A stretch of 57,881 nt of DNA from NCBI GenBank assembly GCA_024137785.1, contig JAHRHZ010000002.1, positions 19,115,760-19,173,640 on the forward strand, read 5' to 3'. The DNA comes from Ginglymostoma cirratum. Lineage: Eukaryota. Below, piece after piece: positions 11,301 to 24,430 of the stretch. Each line of letters opens with the position of its first letter. Position 1 is the stretch's first letter. The notes beneath the pieces are model-generated. The model searched no databases, was not told the origin of the DNA, and saw nothing but the letters and a program-made list of their open reading frames with translations. A program made the position numbers and the translations under genes.

Positions 11301-14300
11301 ATGCACCGGCCTGACTTTGGCGTCTCCTGTCGCCACTGGGTATTTATCTTTGTACAGCCCCAGCTAACAGCACCGCAAGAGCCCACATTATCAAGGCTAA
11401 CTGGAGCGATTCACGTACACAGACCCGCTATCCCGTTTCCAAAGTCAACACGGTACAAGCGATAAACATCGGTTGCCAGACGCACGCACACGCCAAGAAG
11501 GAATAAAAAAATTTTTTTTTATAACCAGGAACATAGATATTTTCTAATCAATCTGTTCCGGATTTTTTTTACCGTTACAACTTGATTTTACTTCCTTTTC
11601 CTGCGCTCGTCAAATTACTTTCCTTGCAGGAGGATGCGGTTATATTTTAGCTGAAACCAACTCATCGACCCTTCCTGGAAAATCTTGTGTTTTGAGCCAG
11701 TGCGCCCCCCCTTTTCACTTTTTTTAAAATCAGAAATGCTGAAACCAGGCCACCCATGACCACCTAGAAATCCAGCTGTAAATTCTAATGCTAGCATCAA
11801 AAGCTACTTGATGCCCAGGTCAATGAGCTCCTGGATTCCAAAGCCAAAGTTTCCCATGTTGCAGAAGTTACCGTTCTTCCCTTCATTTAACCGAACCTTT
11901 CGACTTTTGACTAGAATTTTGTCAACTTTGAGCTCCTCGGATTGGGAAATGAAAAGCAATCTTCTCATTTCTTCTAATACAAAATGATCACAACGGCATA
12001 GCTAGCTTTAGAAAGTGCAGATGTGACTTGAAGTTCCCAGGGACATTACCACGGTGCAACGAGGTCCCTTAGAGTGGGCCATATAGCATATTTACCCATC
12101 AGTGTGGGTGTAGAATGTATACCAGCATACCACAGAACTCAAACGCATTATAACTGGAGCAAGTGGGACTCAAACGCGTGTCTTCTAGCTCAGATGTAGG
12201 GATGCCACCATCGTGCCACCAGAGGTCTATGCGTGTAGATGTAGAGTGCAGACATCGCCAATCATGTTTCGGAGACAAGTCTGATAGTGACAATTTTACG
12301 CAGTCGCAGCAAAGTGAAAGACACTTTAATCCCTGTCATGAAGTTTTTGATTATTTTTGTGAATTGGGAGGAACCACGGAATTGGGGCGAGTCGTGTCTC
12401 AGCGGGAGTGCAGTGACAATCTTGCCACTCTATCATGTGTTCACATCTATTGGTGAGTTAATCATAAGTATATATGGCTAGGACTGAAACTGCGATTCAA
12501 TTACTCATCTTGTATTCAGATTAAATCAGTTTGTGACTTTTTTTTGTTCTTTGCAGCCTGCATTGCTCTTCAGAGGTGAGTTCATACTCTACTTTCGTTT
12601 ACTCTAGTCCCCTGCTTTCTCTCTGATCTGTAAGTGAACCATCTCTCTTGGTCCCCATGCTCTGATTCCTACCTCCATTGAAGTGCAAACTTATCGCATT
12701 GCCGAATACATTTGTTAATCGTGTGTTTTCATCTCCCACAGGCAGTTTGTTGCATACATCACTGAAAAGTCAGCAGGTAACTGATTTCTAACTTGCAGAA
12801 AGGAACTTGACAGGTCATAAATCGATGTGAGTGAAACGTCCCTTCGGCCCATTCTCGCTCACCATCCCAGGGTATTTTACCGTCTTATATACATAAGCAA
12901 CCTATCCTTAGGACACGTGACTTTGTCTCAGTATGCGCGTTGGATTTTAATACAACTAAATGGTTACAATTTTAAGCGGGATAAAGGAATATGGAGACCT
13001 GCAGGTTTCACATCTCTGAGGGTAACAAGGAGAAATTGATGAATGTTCAGAAGTTTACCTGAAGCTTGAATTTATCTTCAATTTGACTTAATTAACCCAG
13101 ATATGAACCTCTCTCGGTGAATACTGTCTCCATTATATGATTGGAATATTTCTATGCTTTTAGCTGTCGAATCTGTTACAATAACTTCCAAATCTTATCG
13201 ATCCACTTCTGCGTCATTTTGTACACATCTCATCCTTCCCCTCGCAAGCTGTGTATCTAGTTTCTCTTTAGCTGCCTTTTAATCCCCTCGATATCAATAA
13301 ATTTATTCATTCCCCCTTCTCCCAACACTCCCACTACTTTAATACACATCCTATATTTGCTCACGTAGTTTACAAAGGAATTCCGTTCAAAATCCACTGA
13401 CTTCATGCGGACCGATCTTCTCTAGACCTTTGTTCTTAAAATTCGGGTCAGACACACTATTCCAACCAATTAAATCCATAAAGAGAATCTATCTTCACCA
13501 GTAGAGAGATCATAGAGTCCCAGAGTTATATGGCTGGAAATAGACCCTTCGGCCCAACTCATCCATGCTGACCAGATATCCTAAATTAATCTAGTCCCAT
13601 TTGCCAGCATTTGGCCCACATTCCTTTAAACCCTTCCTATTCATGTACACATCCAGATGTCTTTTAAATGTTGTAATTGTTCCAGCCTCCACCACTTCCT
13701 CTGGCAGCCCATTCCATACACGCACCAACCTCTGGGTAAAAACGTCGCCCCTCAGGTCCCTTTTAAATCTTTCCCCTCTCACCTTAAACCTATGCCCTCT
13801 AGTTTTGGACTCCCCTAGCCTGGGGAAAAAACGTTGGTTATTCACCCTATCCATGCCCTTCATGATTTTATAAACCTCTATAGGTCACCTCTCATCCTCC
13901 GACGCTCCAGGGAAAATAGCCCCTGCTTATTCAGCCTGCCCCTACAGCTGAAACCCTGTAATCCTGGCGTGAACGAGAGGCCGTTACACTCCTCACATCT
14001 GCGGCAAACAGAAGACACAGATCTCAGGCAAATGAATTGGGCCGAGCTGAAGAGATTTTTGTTGAACTGTAGCTAATGGTATGACCTGGACTGTAGAGTA
14101 TGAAAGGATGATTGGAGCAGACTCAATAGTAATGCACAGAAAGGGAATGAATATATAAACTATAAAACTAGGATTAGTATTTTTTTTCTTTTGGTCTGTA
14201 GGTTATTAAGTACTATCAAACCAAGGAGATAAATGAATTTGGGTGCAGATGAGATGACATGTCAGTCTTGAGGAGCAGAATGGCCATTTCCTGTTCCCAC

Positions 14301-17300
14301 ATTCAAAAAATGCACAGCAGCATCTGAGAGCGAGGATAACTCTTTCTTTTAAAATCGAATCACGGAGGGGTTACATTGGAAATATTTATCGGATTGTTAG
14401 ATGCAGTGGAGAAACGCTGTAATTTCTGCATTTCTCCCCATTTTTATGCATTGTAAATTTAAATTTCAATAAGCAAAAACTATGCAGAGAAAATTAGATG
14501 CCCTACAGGTACACTATGATCATTGTGTCCAAAAATAAAAGTCAATTTGCAGAACATTCAGGATCAATCTTAAAGCAATCCCATATTTGCGTTTACATGT
14601 CTAGTAATGTGTACAAATTTATCTAGATTCAAACGCTACTCCTGTTTACAACAATGTCAGTTATGAGTAAGAAAACAAAAATACCTTACATTGTGCTACT
14701 TGGCCATAAATGGCATCACATTTCCAAAATTCCAGTAATTAATACTGTTCTAAATATATTTGTAAATATGAAAGATGTAGTAATTAATGAATTTCATTTG
14801 AATTTAGCCATACATGTTAACAGATTAGGTTAGGTAAATAAATGGATGTGTTGTTACATTTATGACTTTCTGTTTTGCATATATATGTTTTGCTAACTCA
14901 CTGTTATTTCTTTCCAATAGAGTCTGTCCCACCAAAACAGAAAGGGAAGCACACTGTAAGTAGGATCTTGAAAATTCCACCAATAAAATGTCACGGGTGC
15001 ATTGGAACAGAAGTTGGCCATTCAGACTGAATCTGCTCTGCCATTCCATACGATCATGGCCAATCAAACACTTCAATGCCTTTTACCCACCCCATTCATA
15101 TAACCCTGCAAAACCACTGGTAATGAGGAAGCTACAAACCTCGACCTTAAACACATCCACAATGCCAGAACTTTCATAGCCCCACGTGGTAGTGAATTGC
15201 AAAGGTTCACAGATCTCTGAGGAAGAAATAATTCTCAACATTTTGGACCAAATTTGCAATCTTCTTAATAATAAAATGTACCCTCTCATTCTAGATTCTC
15301 CAGCCATAGGAAGGATCTTTCTTGTATCTGCCTTGTCTATCTATTTGAGTATGTTATCAGATTTAATAAAATCCCCTTTCATTATTCAAAACTCTAAAGA
15401 ATACAAGCCAGTTTGCTCAATCTGTCCTCATAGAACAGTCCCACAATCCCAGCAACAGTACACCAGGTGCAGTCTAACCAAGCTCCTATGCAACTGAAGC
15501 AAGATTTCTCCTGTACTCAAATCCTCTTGCCATTAAGGATACATTCCAATAAGCTTCCTAATAGATTGCTGCACCTATATATTAGCTTTCAGTCATTTAT
15601 CAACAAAGACACCTCTAAGACCCTTTGCATATCTACACTTTCCAACCTCTTACTATTTTGGAAGAACCCTGAACATTAGTTCCTCCTACCAAAGTGAATA
15701 ACTTCACATTATATTGCCACATTCTTGTATATTCACAAAGTCTGTCCAAATCCTCCTGAAGCTGCTTCACATCTACCTCACCACATATAGTTCCATCTAG
15801 CTTTGTGCATTTTGCAAATTTGGAAATATTTGGATCGCCCACTCAATTTCATTGATAGATTTTGTGAACCGCTAGTGTCCAAGTACTAATTGTTGTGATG
15901 CCCTCTAGTCACAGACTGCCAATGTGTGAAACTCCCAATCATTCCTACTCTCTGTTTTCTATCTGCTTACTAATTATTAAGCCTGCGCAGGACAAATCAA
16001 AAATCTTCTGAAATTCAAAAGACTATCAAAAGCCGTCTGAAAGTCTAAGTACACCTTCTTCATCAGCTCTTTTATTAATCAATGTTTTTATTAACATCTT
16101 CAAAAACCTCCAACAATTTCGGCAAACGTGATTTTCCTATTTGCAAATCCATGCTACACCCAATCAGATCGTTATTATCCAAGTGTCTATTTATCACATT
16201 CTTTTTAATTGATTCTAGCTCTTTCTCTACTATTGGTGTAAGGCAAACGGGCCTTAGTTCCTTGTTTTCTCTCTGACTCCTTTTAAATAATGGCATGACA
16301 TCTGCTAACTTCCAAACAACAGAAATCTTTCCAGAATCTATTTAATTTTGGAAGACAATCATCAATGCACAATAGCCACCATTGTAAATCTCTGGGATGC
16401 ACAATATCAAGTTCCGGGATTTATCAACTTCCAGGCCCATTAATTTCTCCAACACAATCGTCTTACTAATGCTAATTTCCTTTAGCTCCTCATTCTCCAT
16501 AGCCATTTGGACTTCTAGCTCTAGGAGATTTTTTGTATGTTCCCCGGTGAAAACAGACACAAAATAACCATTTAGCTTCTCTGCAGTTTCTCTAGTTCCC
16601 ATCATAAATTGTCATGACTGCCTGTAAGGACCCACATTAACGCGTCTATAGTAACATTTTCGGCCCTTTTTTTGAAGTTGTTAGATTGCATTCATATTTT
16701 ATTCTCCCTTGTCATATCTGTCTCTTGGACCTGTAAAAAGCTTCCTATCCTCATACTTACGTATATTTCTGACAACTTTTTAGGCCTTTTCTTTTAACCT
16801 TATACAGTCCAGTACTTCCTTTGTTAACCATGTTTGACAGATCCTTTTTGCAATTTTCTATCGTGAAGAAGGTATATTTGTCCAAAGTCATGTGTTAATT
16901 CTTTAAATACCGTCCTTTGCCTATGTGCAGTTGTGAATTTGAATATGATTGTTCAATCCACCTCAGCCCCTTTGTGTCTCATGCTTTAATAACTTCCTTT
17001 ATTCAAATTTAACACCCTTGTTTCAGATTGAACTACTTCACTTTCAAACATTATGTAAAATTCAATCATATTATGCTCATTCATCCCTTAGGTTTGTTAC
17101 AACAAGATTAACTATCGCCTTTACATTACATAATACTGATTCTAAAACTCTGTTTCCTTTGATTAACATCTTTCAAGACGCTTGAAATAATTTGTCCCAA
17201 TTTACTGTATCAAAATCCTCCAAGATTTTGAATAGTTTTATTACATTGTTCCTTCAAATGTTTTGCTTTAAGGAAAATAGCACTAGCTATCCTTCGTAAC

Positions 17301-18584
17301 TGAAATCCCGCCTTTCTGATGTCATTTCCCCACATATCCTTTCAAAAGGCTAGACAGTTTTCATCCCATCTCGATGCAGAATCACAGAATCCCTACAGTG
17401 TGGAAGCAGACCATTCAGCCCATCGACCCCATACTGACCCTCCAAGGAGCATCTCACCCAGGCTCACTTCCCCATCCTATCCCTGCATTCCCCATCCCTG
17501 AACACTATTGGTAATTTAGCACGACCAATATACCTAGCCTACACAGGTTTTGACTTTGAGAGGAAGCCCACGTAGATACAAGGAGAACGTGCAAAATCCA
17601 CACAGACGGTCGCCCGGGGAGTGGACTCGAACCTAGGTCACTACTGCTGTGAGGAGGCGCTGCTAACAACGGATCCACCATGTCCCGCCCATAATTTTAT
17701 TAAAAAGTAAAACAGCATCCAAGTGACCAACTTAAAGGATTTCAAATTTTCAAATTTTACTCCAACAAGCTAAAAGAAACATTGATTCTCTCTGCAGTTA
17801 TCTTTCAAACGACTGAGCAGAATTCCCCCTTTTATTTTTAATACAACAAAAAATCCCTCACTTTATTTTCTCTGTTAAATAGACATTCAATTCTTTCGGA
17901 ACCAGTCCAACAGCGTTTTCCGCTCCTAAAAACATTCGTTTTCATTGACATCCTGGAAACATTTTTCAATGTGTAAGTTCAGTTCCCTGAAAATGCTCCC
18001 TCCAGCTCAAGCTGGGTGTATCTTCCAGTCTCGCTTATATCTTCACAAATTTGGCATTTTAAAACTGAGCAGAAATATTCACCATAGTTTTGTCTGGTGG
18101 ACCATGGATGTGCAGTCTCTACCTTTCGATCTCACATCCATTCAGCCTGCCCACTCTTGTGAAGTTTAATTATTTTTTAAGAGGAAAAAAATCCCCGTTG
18201 TGTTGAAACTACCTGTCGAGTGGGGTTTTCTGGATATTGCTCCCTAAGTCCTTAATCATGCCAAAGAGAATTGGGGAGAAGGGCGAAAAGGCAGGAAAGT
18301 GGAGTTGAGCATTATTAATTCAGGCACGATCTCATTCGTGGGGTGTGGGCATCACTGTCAAGGCTAGCATTCTGTTGCGCGTCTCTACTTGCCCTTGAGC
18401 CGAGCGATTTGTAAACAATTCATCTGACCGTTCACTGTGTACGTGTTTCTTAAAGCACCGAGAGGGAAAAACTTCGAGCTCCGGTCAAGAAGGGAAGAAG
18501 AAGAAAAGGAAGCCCAAAGAACACCACAGTGTGGAGAATGCGGACTACGTCCATTGTGGGCGAAACCAGGACATGCGGACCTAA
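8262..18584 (+). CDS. Gene A: single VJ-type IgV-domain type I transmembrane receptor (NKp30/CD28-superfamily-like), 7 coding exons, 238 aa. join(8262..8316,9974..10294,10922..11044,12557..12575,12742..12776,14921..14955,18456..18584)
   Basis: All junctions are GT-AG and phase-consistent (1,1,1,2,1,0); total 717 nt ending in TAA. Protein: [23 protein letters not shown] [19 protein letters not shown]([25 protein letters not shown])[77 protein letters not shown]. Confidence 0.85.
8716..9290 (-). mobile_element. Penelope-like retroelement relic (GIY-YIG endonuclease C-terminal region) in gene A intron 1
   Basis: TFPxNRxRxNxCPFTSS...[10 protein letters not shown]...GE...[10 protein letters not shown]...LPVVCHFN and, in another frame, RKLEE: typical vertebrate Penelope endonuclease; frameshifted. 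Confidence 0.85.
9300..9435 (+). mobile_element. Family B Penelope-type terminal repeat abutting the GIY-YIG relic
   Basis: ggaagggtcagtgggcccgaaatgttaa...ccagacctgctgagcttttccagcaac...cagcatccgcagttctttcggttttta, shared with the copies at 19450, 41580 and 52440. Confidence 0.7.
9974..10294 (+). CDS. Gene A exon 2, IgV domain with joined J-like G strand
   Basis: VVQSP...GEAVTLEC...YKW...[16 protein letters not shown]...[10 protein letters not shown]; acceptor ttattcctgatag, donor C|gtaaga. Confidence 0.95.
10315..10765. repeat. Degenerate (GT)n-rich low-complexity tract after gene A V exon
   Basis: interrupted TG dinucleotide runs. Confidence 0.7.
10922..11044 (+). CDS. Gene A exon 3, stalk plus transmembrane segment
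   Basis: acceptor ccattttag; encodes [40 protein letters not shown]; donor AAG|gtactt. Confidence 0.9.
12557..12575 (+). CDS. Gene A exon 4, 19-nt cytoplasmic micro-exon (ACIALQR)
   Basis: long polypyrimidine acceptor ...tctttgcag, donor AG|gtgagt; mirrors the 19-nt exon of gene B. Confidence 0.82.
12742..12776 (+). CDS. Gene A exon 5, cytoplasmic ([11 protein letters not shown])
   Basis: acceptor ttttcatctcccacag, donor CAG|gtaact, phase 2 to 1 keeps the frame open. Confidence 0.8.
13507..13968 (-). mobile_element. CR1-type LINE 3' fragment
   Basis: [21 protein letters not shown]...[23 protein letters not shown]. Confidence 0.9.
14921..14955 (+). CDS. Gene A exon 6, cytoplasmic ([12 protein letters not shown])
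   Basis: branch-point-like ctaac, acceptor tttctttccaatag, donor |gtaagt, phase 1 to 0. Confidence 0.78.
15000..17100 (-). mobile_element. Degenerate CR1-type LINE in gene A intron 6
   Basis: [34 protein letters not shown] remnants. Confidence 0.8.
17378..17690 (-). mobile_element. HE1-like SINE
   Basis: agaatccctacagtgtggaagcag...ctgtgaggaggcgctgctaac. Confidence 0.8.
18456..18584 (+). CDS. Gene A exon 7, terminal cytoplasmic exon ([42 protein letters not shown])
   Basis: acceptor gtttcttaaag, phase-0 open frame in non-repetitive sequence, receptor-tail-like ENADY motif, TAA at 18582-18584. Confidence 0.65.
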   Translation, partial: HREGKTSSSGQEGKKKKRKPKEHHSVENADYVHCGRNQDMRT

Positions 18585-19451
18585 ATGCAACGGCAGAGTC
18601 AATGTACCACCAAGGCTCCAGCAAACATTATTTAAGATCCTCGGCCATACCACAGTTACGTTCCTGAAAGCTAGAGATGATTTTCTTTTTCTGTGTTGTT
18701 TTAATATTTCGCCTGATTAGTATTACATCAATAATGAATAGACAATTTCACGCTCTATACCAAGAATACAATCCCCCCACCCCGCAAACAGTGACAATTG
18801 CAATTTTAAATTCATAGTTTACACTGTGTGGGATGTTGTACAGTGAAATAGTTGCAAGTGAAAATGAATTTATTATTTTGATTTCGACATGAAGAATAAT
18901 TGACCGGATGCAAGACGTCTCTGCTCCCCATCCCTCTCCCCACACGCTACCCAAAGTTCATATTTCCCCGAACCTATGCACTCCGATCACTATCAGTCCG
19001 CATTGCCTTCAGTAGAGATCAGAATCAGGCTGTATCCGATTCCATCAGCCCCTTTAAAGGGCGTATTCGGTTAAAGTTACCCAGGAATTTGGCGGGCAAG
19101 CCTCTACCGACTACTGATCCTTCAGTTCGCTGCTGTTTTCAGGGGTACATGCACGCCCACTTTCTGGAACGTCGAGAGAGAGGCAATGGATAAGAGTCAG
19201 TCTTCCCCAACTACACCCCCCGCCGCCGCCCCCACAGCCCTCGCCTGAGCTCTTAAGCCATTTCCGACTCAGCGAGCCTGGAGTTCCCAACCAACAAATC
19301 CAACTTTACGAGCTAACCCCCGCCCCACAACCCTCGTGGAAGATCACCTGACCAAGTACCAATTGGAGTACTCCTTTTACAGGTCAGACTGTGGGAGTCA
19401 GTTGGGATGACGAGGCAGGGAGGAAAGTTCTGGTCATCTCATCTCATCTCA

Positions 19452-19735
19452 TAAAAACTGAAAGAACTGAGGATGCTGTAAATCAAGAACAAAAACAGAA
19501 GTTGCTGGAAAAGCTCAGCAGGTCTATGAAGGAAAATAAAACAGAGTTAACGTTTCGGGTCCGGTGATTCTTCCTCAGAACAGGCATGCCTAGAAGAGAT
19601 GTGGCAGTGAGTTAAGTACTAAATAAAAACCGAAAGGATCTGAGGAAGGGTCACCGGACCCGAAACGTTAATTTTCTTTTTTCCTTCACAGATGCAGCTA
19701 GACCTGCTGAGCTTTTCCAGCAACTGTGTTTTTGT
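19452..19735. mobile_element. Family B inverted-repeat element with two opposed hammerhead motifs (19549-19578 minus; 19640-19669 plus)
   Basis: inverted arms; CTGAGGA-agggtcaccggaccc-GAAAcgtta; flanked on both sides by gtcatctcatctcat. Confidence 0.8.
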
Positions 19736-21379
19736 CATCTCATCTCATATTCAGCTATCTCAGGCGTTCTGCCAAGTCAGTTGGGAGATAACGAATGGGA
19801 CCTTGTGAAATAAAGTGTGTCTCGATTGTTGAATTCTGCAGAATATTTTGTTTCATTTTAACAGCCACAAATGCAAATTTGAATAAAGCACCTTGGAGTG
19901 CGAAACGTTAGCAGTTAGCAATTTTATGTCGCCACTGTTTATGTGTTGGCGTGAATTGCCTCATGCCATTCTGACGGAAGTGTTTGGCTTATTTTTTGAC
20001 ACAACCTTTAAAGAGCAGCAAGCTGCTATTTCGATATGGAATTATTAAGCTGCCAGCGCCCAGCATTGCCTGCCGCAGTTCCGGTCTCTCAATGCAGGGC
20101 GATGAGGGACACAGGAGCACATTATGTATATATTCTGCCTGGTATATTATCTCTACAGAAATAGGGGATTCAGCCCTGTTGGGGTCCCATCCATGCTACT
20201 GCCTCATGGGCCTCTGCACTCCCCACCCCCAATTAGCTAAACATGTCCCTCCTTTGGCTTGAACTGAATTGTTTGCTGGGCTATTCCAGAGGGTAGATGA
20301 AGGTGAATCACGTTGATACTTGTTTAGATCCGCATGCAGGCCAGGTCAGATAAGGATGGCATATTTCCCTTGCAACTAGATGGGTTTGTACAGCTGATGA
20401 TAGGTTAAGCGCGCAATCCCAGATTTTTAAGTGGAATTTAAATTCCACCAGGTAATACATACAGAGAGATCTCACCCCCTGTAACATTAGACCGGCCTCT
20501 GAGTTACTACACCACTGACATTGCCATTGTACCTATACCTGTTCGTCCTCTTTGTATATCCTTTATCCTCTGTACTTGACTTCTTTTGAAAAAGAAAGTA
20601 ACTCCAGGTTATTTGGCTCAACTCCCCACTGAACGCAAAATTTAGGCATGAGAAAGGGCAAGACTGCCGTCTAAGACTGTTTCAAAACTGTTTGCTCACG
20701 GTAATGATTAGGTAGTACAAATTGAGTAAAGTACACAAAAGTAATTTTTAAGTGGATATTCTGTAACCGCGCCGGGACGTTGCATAAATAATCTGTTGAA
20801 GCTCGCGCCTATTGAACAGTGTGTGGGTGCAGAGAAACGAACGTGTATGTTTTGGAGGGGGAAGCTGCTGCTCAGATTTCTGCGCTATTTGGTCTGCAAA
20901 GACTCTCCTGTTTTGACTCTTTGCAGACCATTCCTGCTGCAGTTGCAGCCATGCCGGGCTTTTTGCGCAATCTTTGACATTTCTGAGGTCAGCGTTTTCT
21001 GGGTGAAATGATCAACGGAAACTCTGACTCGCGGGCCTCTGCCGATACTTTTTGACGAGGCTGTTGCTAGTGTCCCTTTTGTTAGCGGGGCGTATGGTCA
21101 GAGGCACACCGTCAGAGGCACACGGCTCATCTCAGACTCTGCGCAATGTTGCGAAACGTCCGGCTCAAGCCCTGGCTAGAGGGCAGGGGAAGTGGAAGGG
21201 TGCGAGCGTGGGGAGGAGGGGAGGTGTTGGACGGAATGGTGATGTGGTTAGTGGGTGTATTTTGTTTTGCTCGAGTCGGACCGGATGCCATTTATATATC
21301 AAATAAAAATTCTCCAAGGAGAAGCGATTAGCGAGTACCTGGACAGCAGGGCGATCATTGCGTGCAGTACAGTGCAGAA

Positions 21380-21556
21380 TTTATTCACCGATGTCCTTTC
21401 GGGACGGAAACTGCCATCCTTACCTGGTCTGGCCTGTATGTGACTCCAGACCCACAGCAATGTTGTTGACTATTAACTGTCCTCTGGACAATTTAGGGAT
21501 GGACAATAAATGCTGCCTAGCCAGCGATGCCCTCATCCTTTGCATGAAATGAATAA
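21380..21556 (+). repeat. Second shark SINE family fragment (also near 25900, 29200, 29850, 40910)
   Basis: recurrent ttcactaatgtcctttagggaaggaaatctgccatccttacctggtctggcc-type motif ending aatgaataaa. Confidence 0.6.
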
Positions 21557-21647
21557 AGGATTCGACAAAAGTAATTCGAGGGACACTCTTATACAGGATG
21601 GGGTGAGGGTTGGAATATAACGCGCATGTCGAGAACCATCCTGTATT

Positions 21648-21750
21648 AGAAACAAAAATAAAGATTGCTGGAAAAGCTCAGAAGGAAGGGTCACCGGACT
21701 CGAAATGTTAACTCTGATTTCTCTTCACCAGACCTGCAGAGGTTTTCCAA
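21648..21750. mobile_element. Short family B element
   Basis: ttgctggaaaagctcagaaggaagggtcaccggactcgaaatgttaactctg...ccagacctgc. Confidence 0.65.
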
Positions 21751-22030
21751 GGCGGTACCGTGACTCAGTGGTTAGCACTGCTATCTCATAGCGCCAGAGG
21801 CCCGGGTTCGATTCCACCCTCGGGCGACAGCCTGCGTGGAGTTTTACCTTCTTACCCCCGCGTCTGCTCCTGCTTCCTCCCACAGTCCGAAGATGTGCAG
21901 GGTAGGGAAATTGGCCGTGCTAAATTGTCCCCAGTGTCCAGGGATGTGCACATTAGGTGGGTTACAGGGTGTGAGGGTCGGGGTAGACTTGTTGCCCCGA
22001 AGAGCCTGTTCCACACTATAGGGATTCTAT
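21751..22030 (+). mobile_element. HE1-like SINE
   Basis: ctcagtggttagcactgct...ccgggttcgattcc A/B boxes, tail acactatagggattcta. Confidence 0.85.
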
Positions 22031-23039
22031 AAGAGACATGTCACGCAGATGTTGAAGGGAATGCAGTTCTCCGACTGTGCTTAACACACGTTGATGAATT
22101 CCATCCTCAATTAAAATATTCAATTAGATGTGGGCGCCGCCAGCTAGGACAGTATTTGTTGCCCATCTCTAATTACCCTTGAACCCAGTGACCATTTCAG
22201 ACGGCAGCGAGGAATCAAACATATTGCTATGGGTCCGGTGTCACAGTTAGGCCAGATCAAGTGAGGACGGTAAGTTTCCCTAAGGAAAGGATTAGTGCGT
22301 TGAGGTTCTTGTAGTGCAGTGGTAATGCGTACCTTGGAACTAGAAGGCCTGCGTTCAAGTCCTACCTGCTCCAAAGGTAATAACATTTCTGAAGCGATTG
22401 ATTTTAAAATATCTAAAAGGCCAAGTAACTGCTATACGATACGATACAACTACCATCCAATCAGGTCAGGGCTGATTATTTTCTTAACTCATCCGCCCTG
22501 TAGCATCTGTTGAAATACTTTATTCATAAAATTCTATTAATCATAGAACTATCACTTCGATGAACAGATAAAAATTGAGATGGGAGAAGAACCTACTTAA
22601 CATTTACCTGAAAACGAGCATCAATCAATCATCTCTGAAAGGAAAAGTGTGTTGTCTACAAACAGAGAAATGAAACTCACTAATATTCTAACTTCCTACC
22701 AAGAGATACCCCCTCCTCCTCCCGCCCCCGAATACATTACACTTCGTTATTGTGAAATGCAAGAGTTATATCTATGGTGGATCCACGCCTACAGGGAAGA
22801 GTGGAAAATTAATTTTGCTTTGAATTTGGAAAGCCCCCTAACGAGTAGAGTGAAGCACGCTCATTTGCAGATGCGATTATCAGAAGGAAATTTGCCGTAA
22901 GATCTGTAACTGATGAAAGCAGCCAGTCTCCTTAGATTTCTTGATAGGTCTTTGAATTGTTCCTGTAAGCTGTCCTGAAAGCACTTTATTGGTGATAAAC
23001 ATTTATAAGGATTATGGCAGCTAAAGCCTTCAAAAGCCA

Positions 23040-24430
23040 GACATAGAAACCAGGAGCAGGAATTGGCCATTCAGTGCTTTGAGTCTGCTCTGCCATTCGA
23101 TATGATCATGCTGTTCGTCTATCTCAATACCATGACCCTGCTTTCACCACGTACTCTTTGATGCCTTTAGAAGCTAAAAGAAGTATTTATCTTTTTGTTG
23201 CATATGTTCAATGGGTTGACCTCCACAGCTTTCTGTGGTTGAGAATTCCAAAGGTTCACTCCCCTTCGAGTGAAGAGTTTTCTTTTCCCATTGCAGTTCC
23301 AAAGAGTCTACACCACACCTTGAGTCTGTCCCCGGTTCTAAATTACCCAACTAAGGACAGCATCCTCTGTGTATCTAAGAGGAAGGGTCAATGGATCCAA
23401 ACCTTTAACTGACTTCTCTCCATAGATGTTGCCAGACCTGCTGAGCTTTTCCGGTAATTTTTGCACTTGTTCCTCCCTGTATCAAGCTTGTCTAGCCATG
23501 TTACAATTTTAAATATTTCAGTTAGATCCTCCCTCATCCTTCCAAACTCAAGTGAGTAGAGGCCCAGTGGAACCAACCTGGCTTCATAGGACAAACCTGC
23601 CGTCCCTATTATCAGCCTAGTGAATGTCTGTTGCGTTCCCTCTATGACAAGTATATCCTTTATTAGGTAGGGAAACCAAAACTGCATGCAATATTCCAAA
23701 TGTGGTTTGACCAAAGCTCTGAATAACATACCCCTATAGGGGCAGCATACCCTTATTTCTCATCTCAAACCCTCTTGCAATGAAGGCCAATACACCATTC
23801 GGCATCCCAAGTGCTTGCTGCACCTGCCTGTCTACTTTCATTGATTGGCGTCCAAAGACATCCAAATCCCGTTTGGTAACCACACTTACCAATATATCAC
23901 AGATAAATAATACCTTTCCTTTCTGTTTTTCATGCCTAAGTGTATTACATCAATTAGCCACGTTGTACTTCAACTGCCACATGCTTCCCCATTCACTCAA
24001 ATGGTCTACATCTCCTTGCAACCTCCTTACATCACAACTCACAATGACAGTTCTGCCCATTTTGTGGCGTTAGCAAACTTGGAAATTTTGCATTTGGTTC
24101 CCTCTTCCAGACCATTCATACATACAAATAACTGGGGCTCAATACTGATTCAGTATCCCACCAGTCATTGCCTGCCACCTGAAAAAAGACCCAGTTGTTC
24201 CCACTCTGTTTCCTGTCTGTCAATGAATTTGTGATCCATGCTAATGTACTTCTCCCTATCTCATTGGCTTTAACTTTGACCACTGCCCTACTAGGAGAGA
24301 CTTCAACAGAAGCCTTCTGAAATCCAAGTACACCACAATCACTTGTTTCCTTTATCTATTCCATTGGATACATCCTCCAAAATCCCAGTAGGTTTATTAA
24401 GCATGAATTGCCTTTCAAAACTCCATGCTG
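23040..24430 (-). mobile_element. Degenerate CR1-type LINE with a family B fragment inserted near 23375-23470
   Basis: LVKPHLEYCMQFW...LGLYSLE..RMREDL. Confidence 0.82.

Noticed and set aside
18525-18531. CACAGTG heptamer as an RSS
   Set aside because: No nonamer at 12/23 spacing, and it lies within the predicted terminal exon.
21052-21306. Signal-peptide-like ORF (TRLLLVSLLLAG)
   Set aside because: It starts at TTG, the nearest upstream ATG (21008) is in another frame and closes quickly, and I found no downstream V exon.
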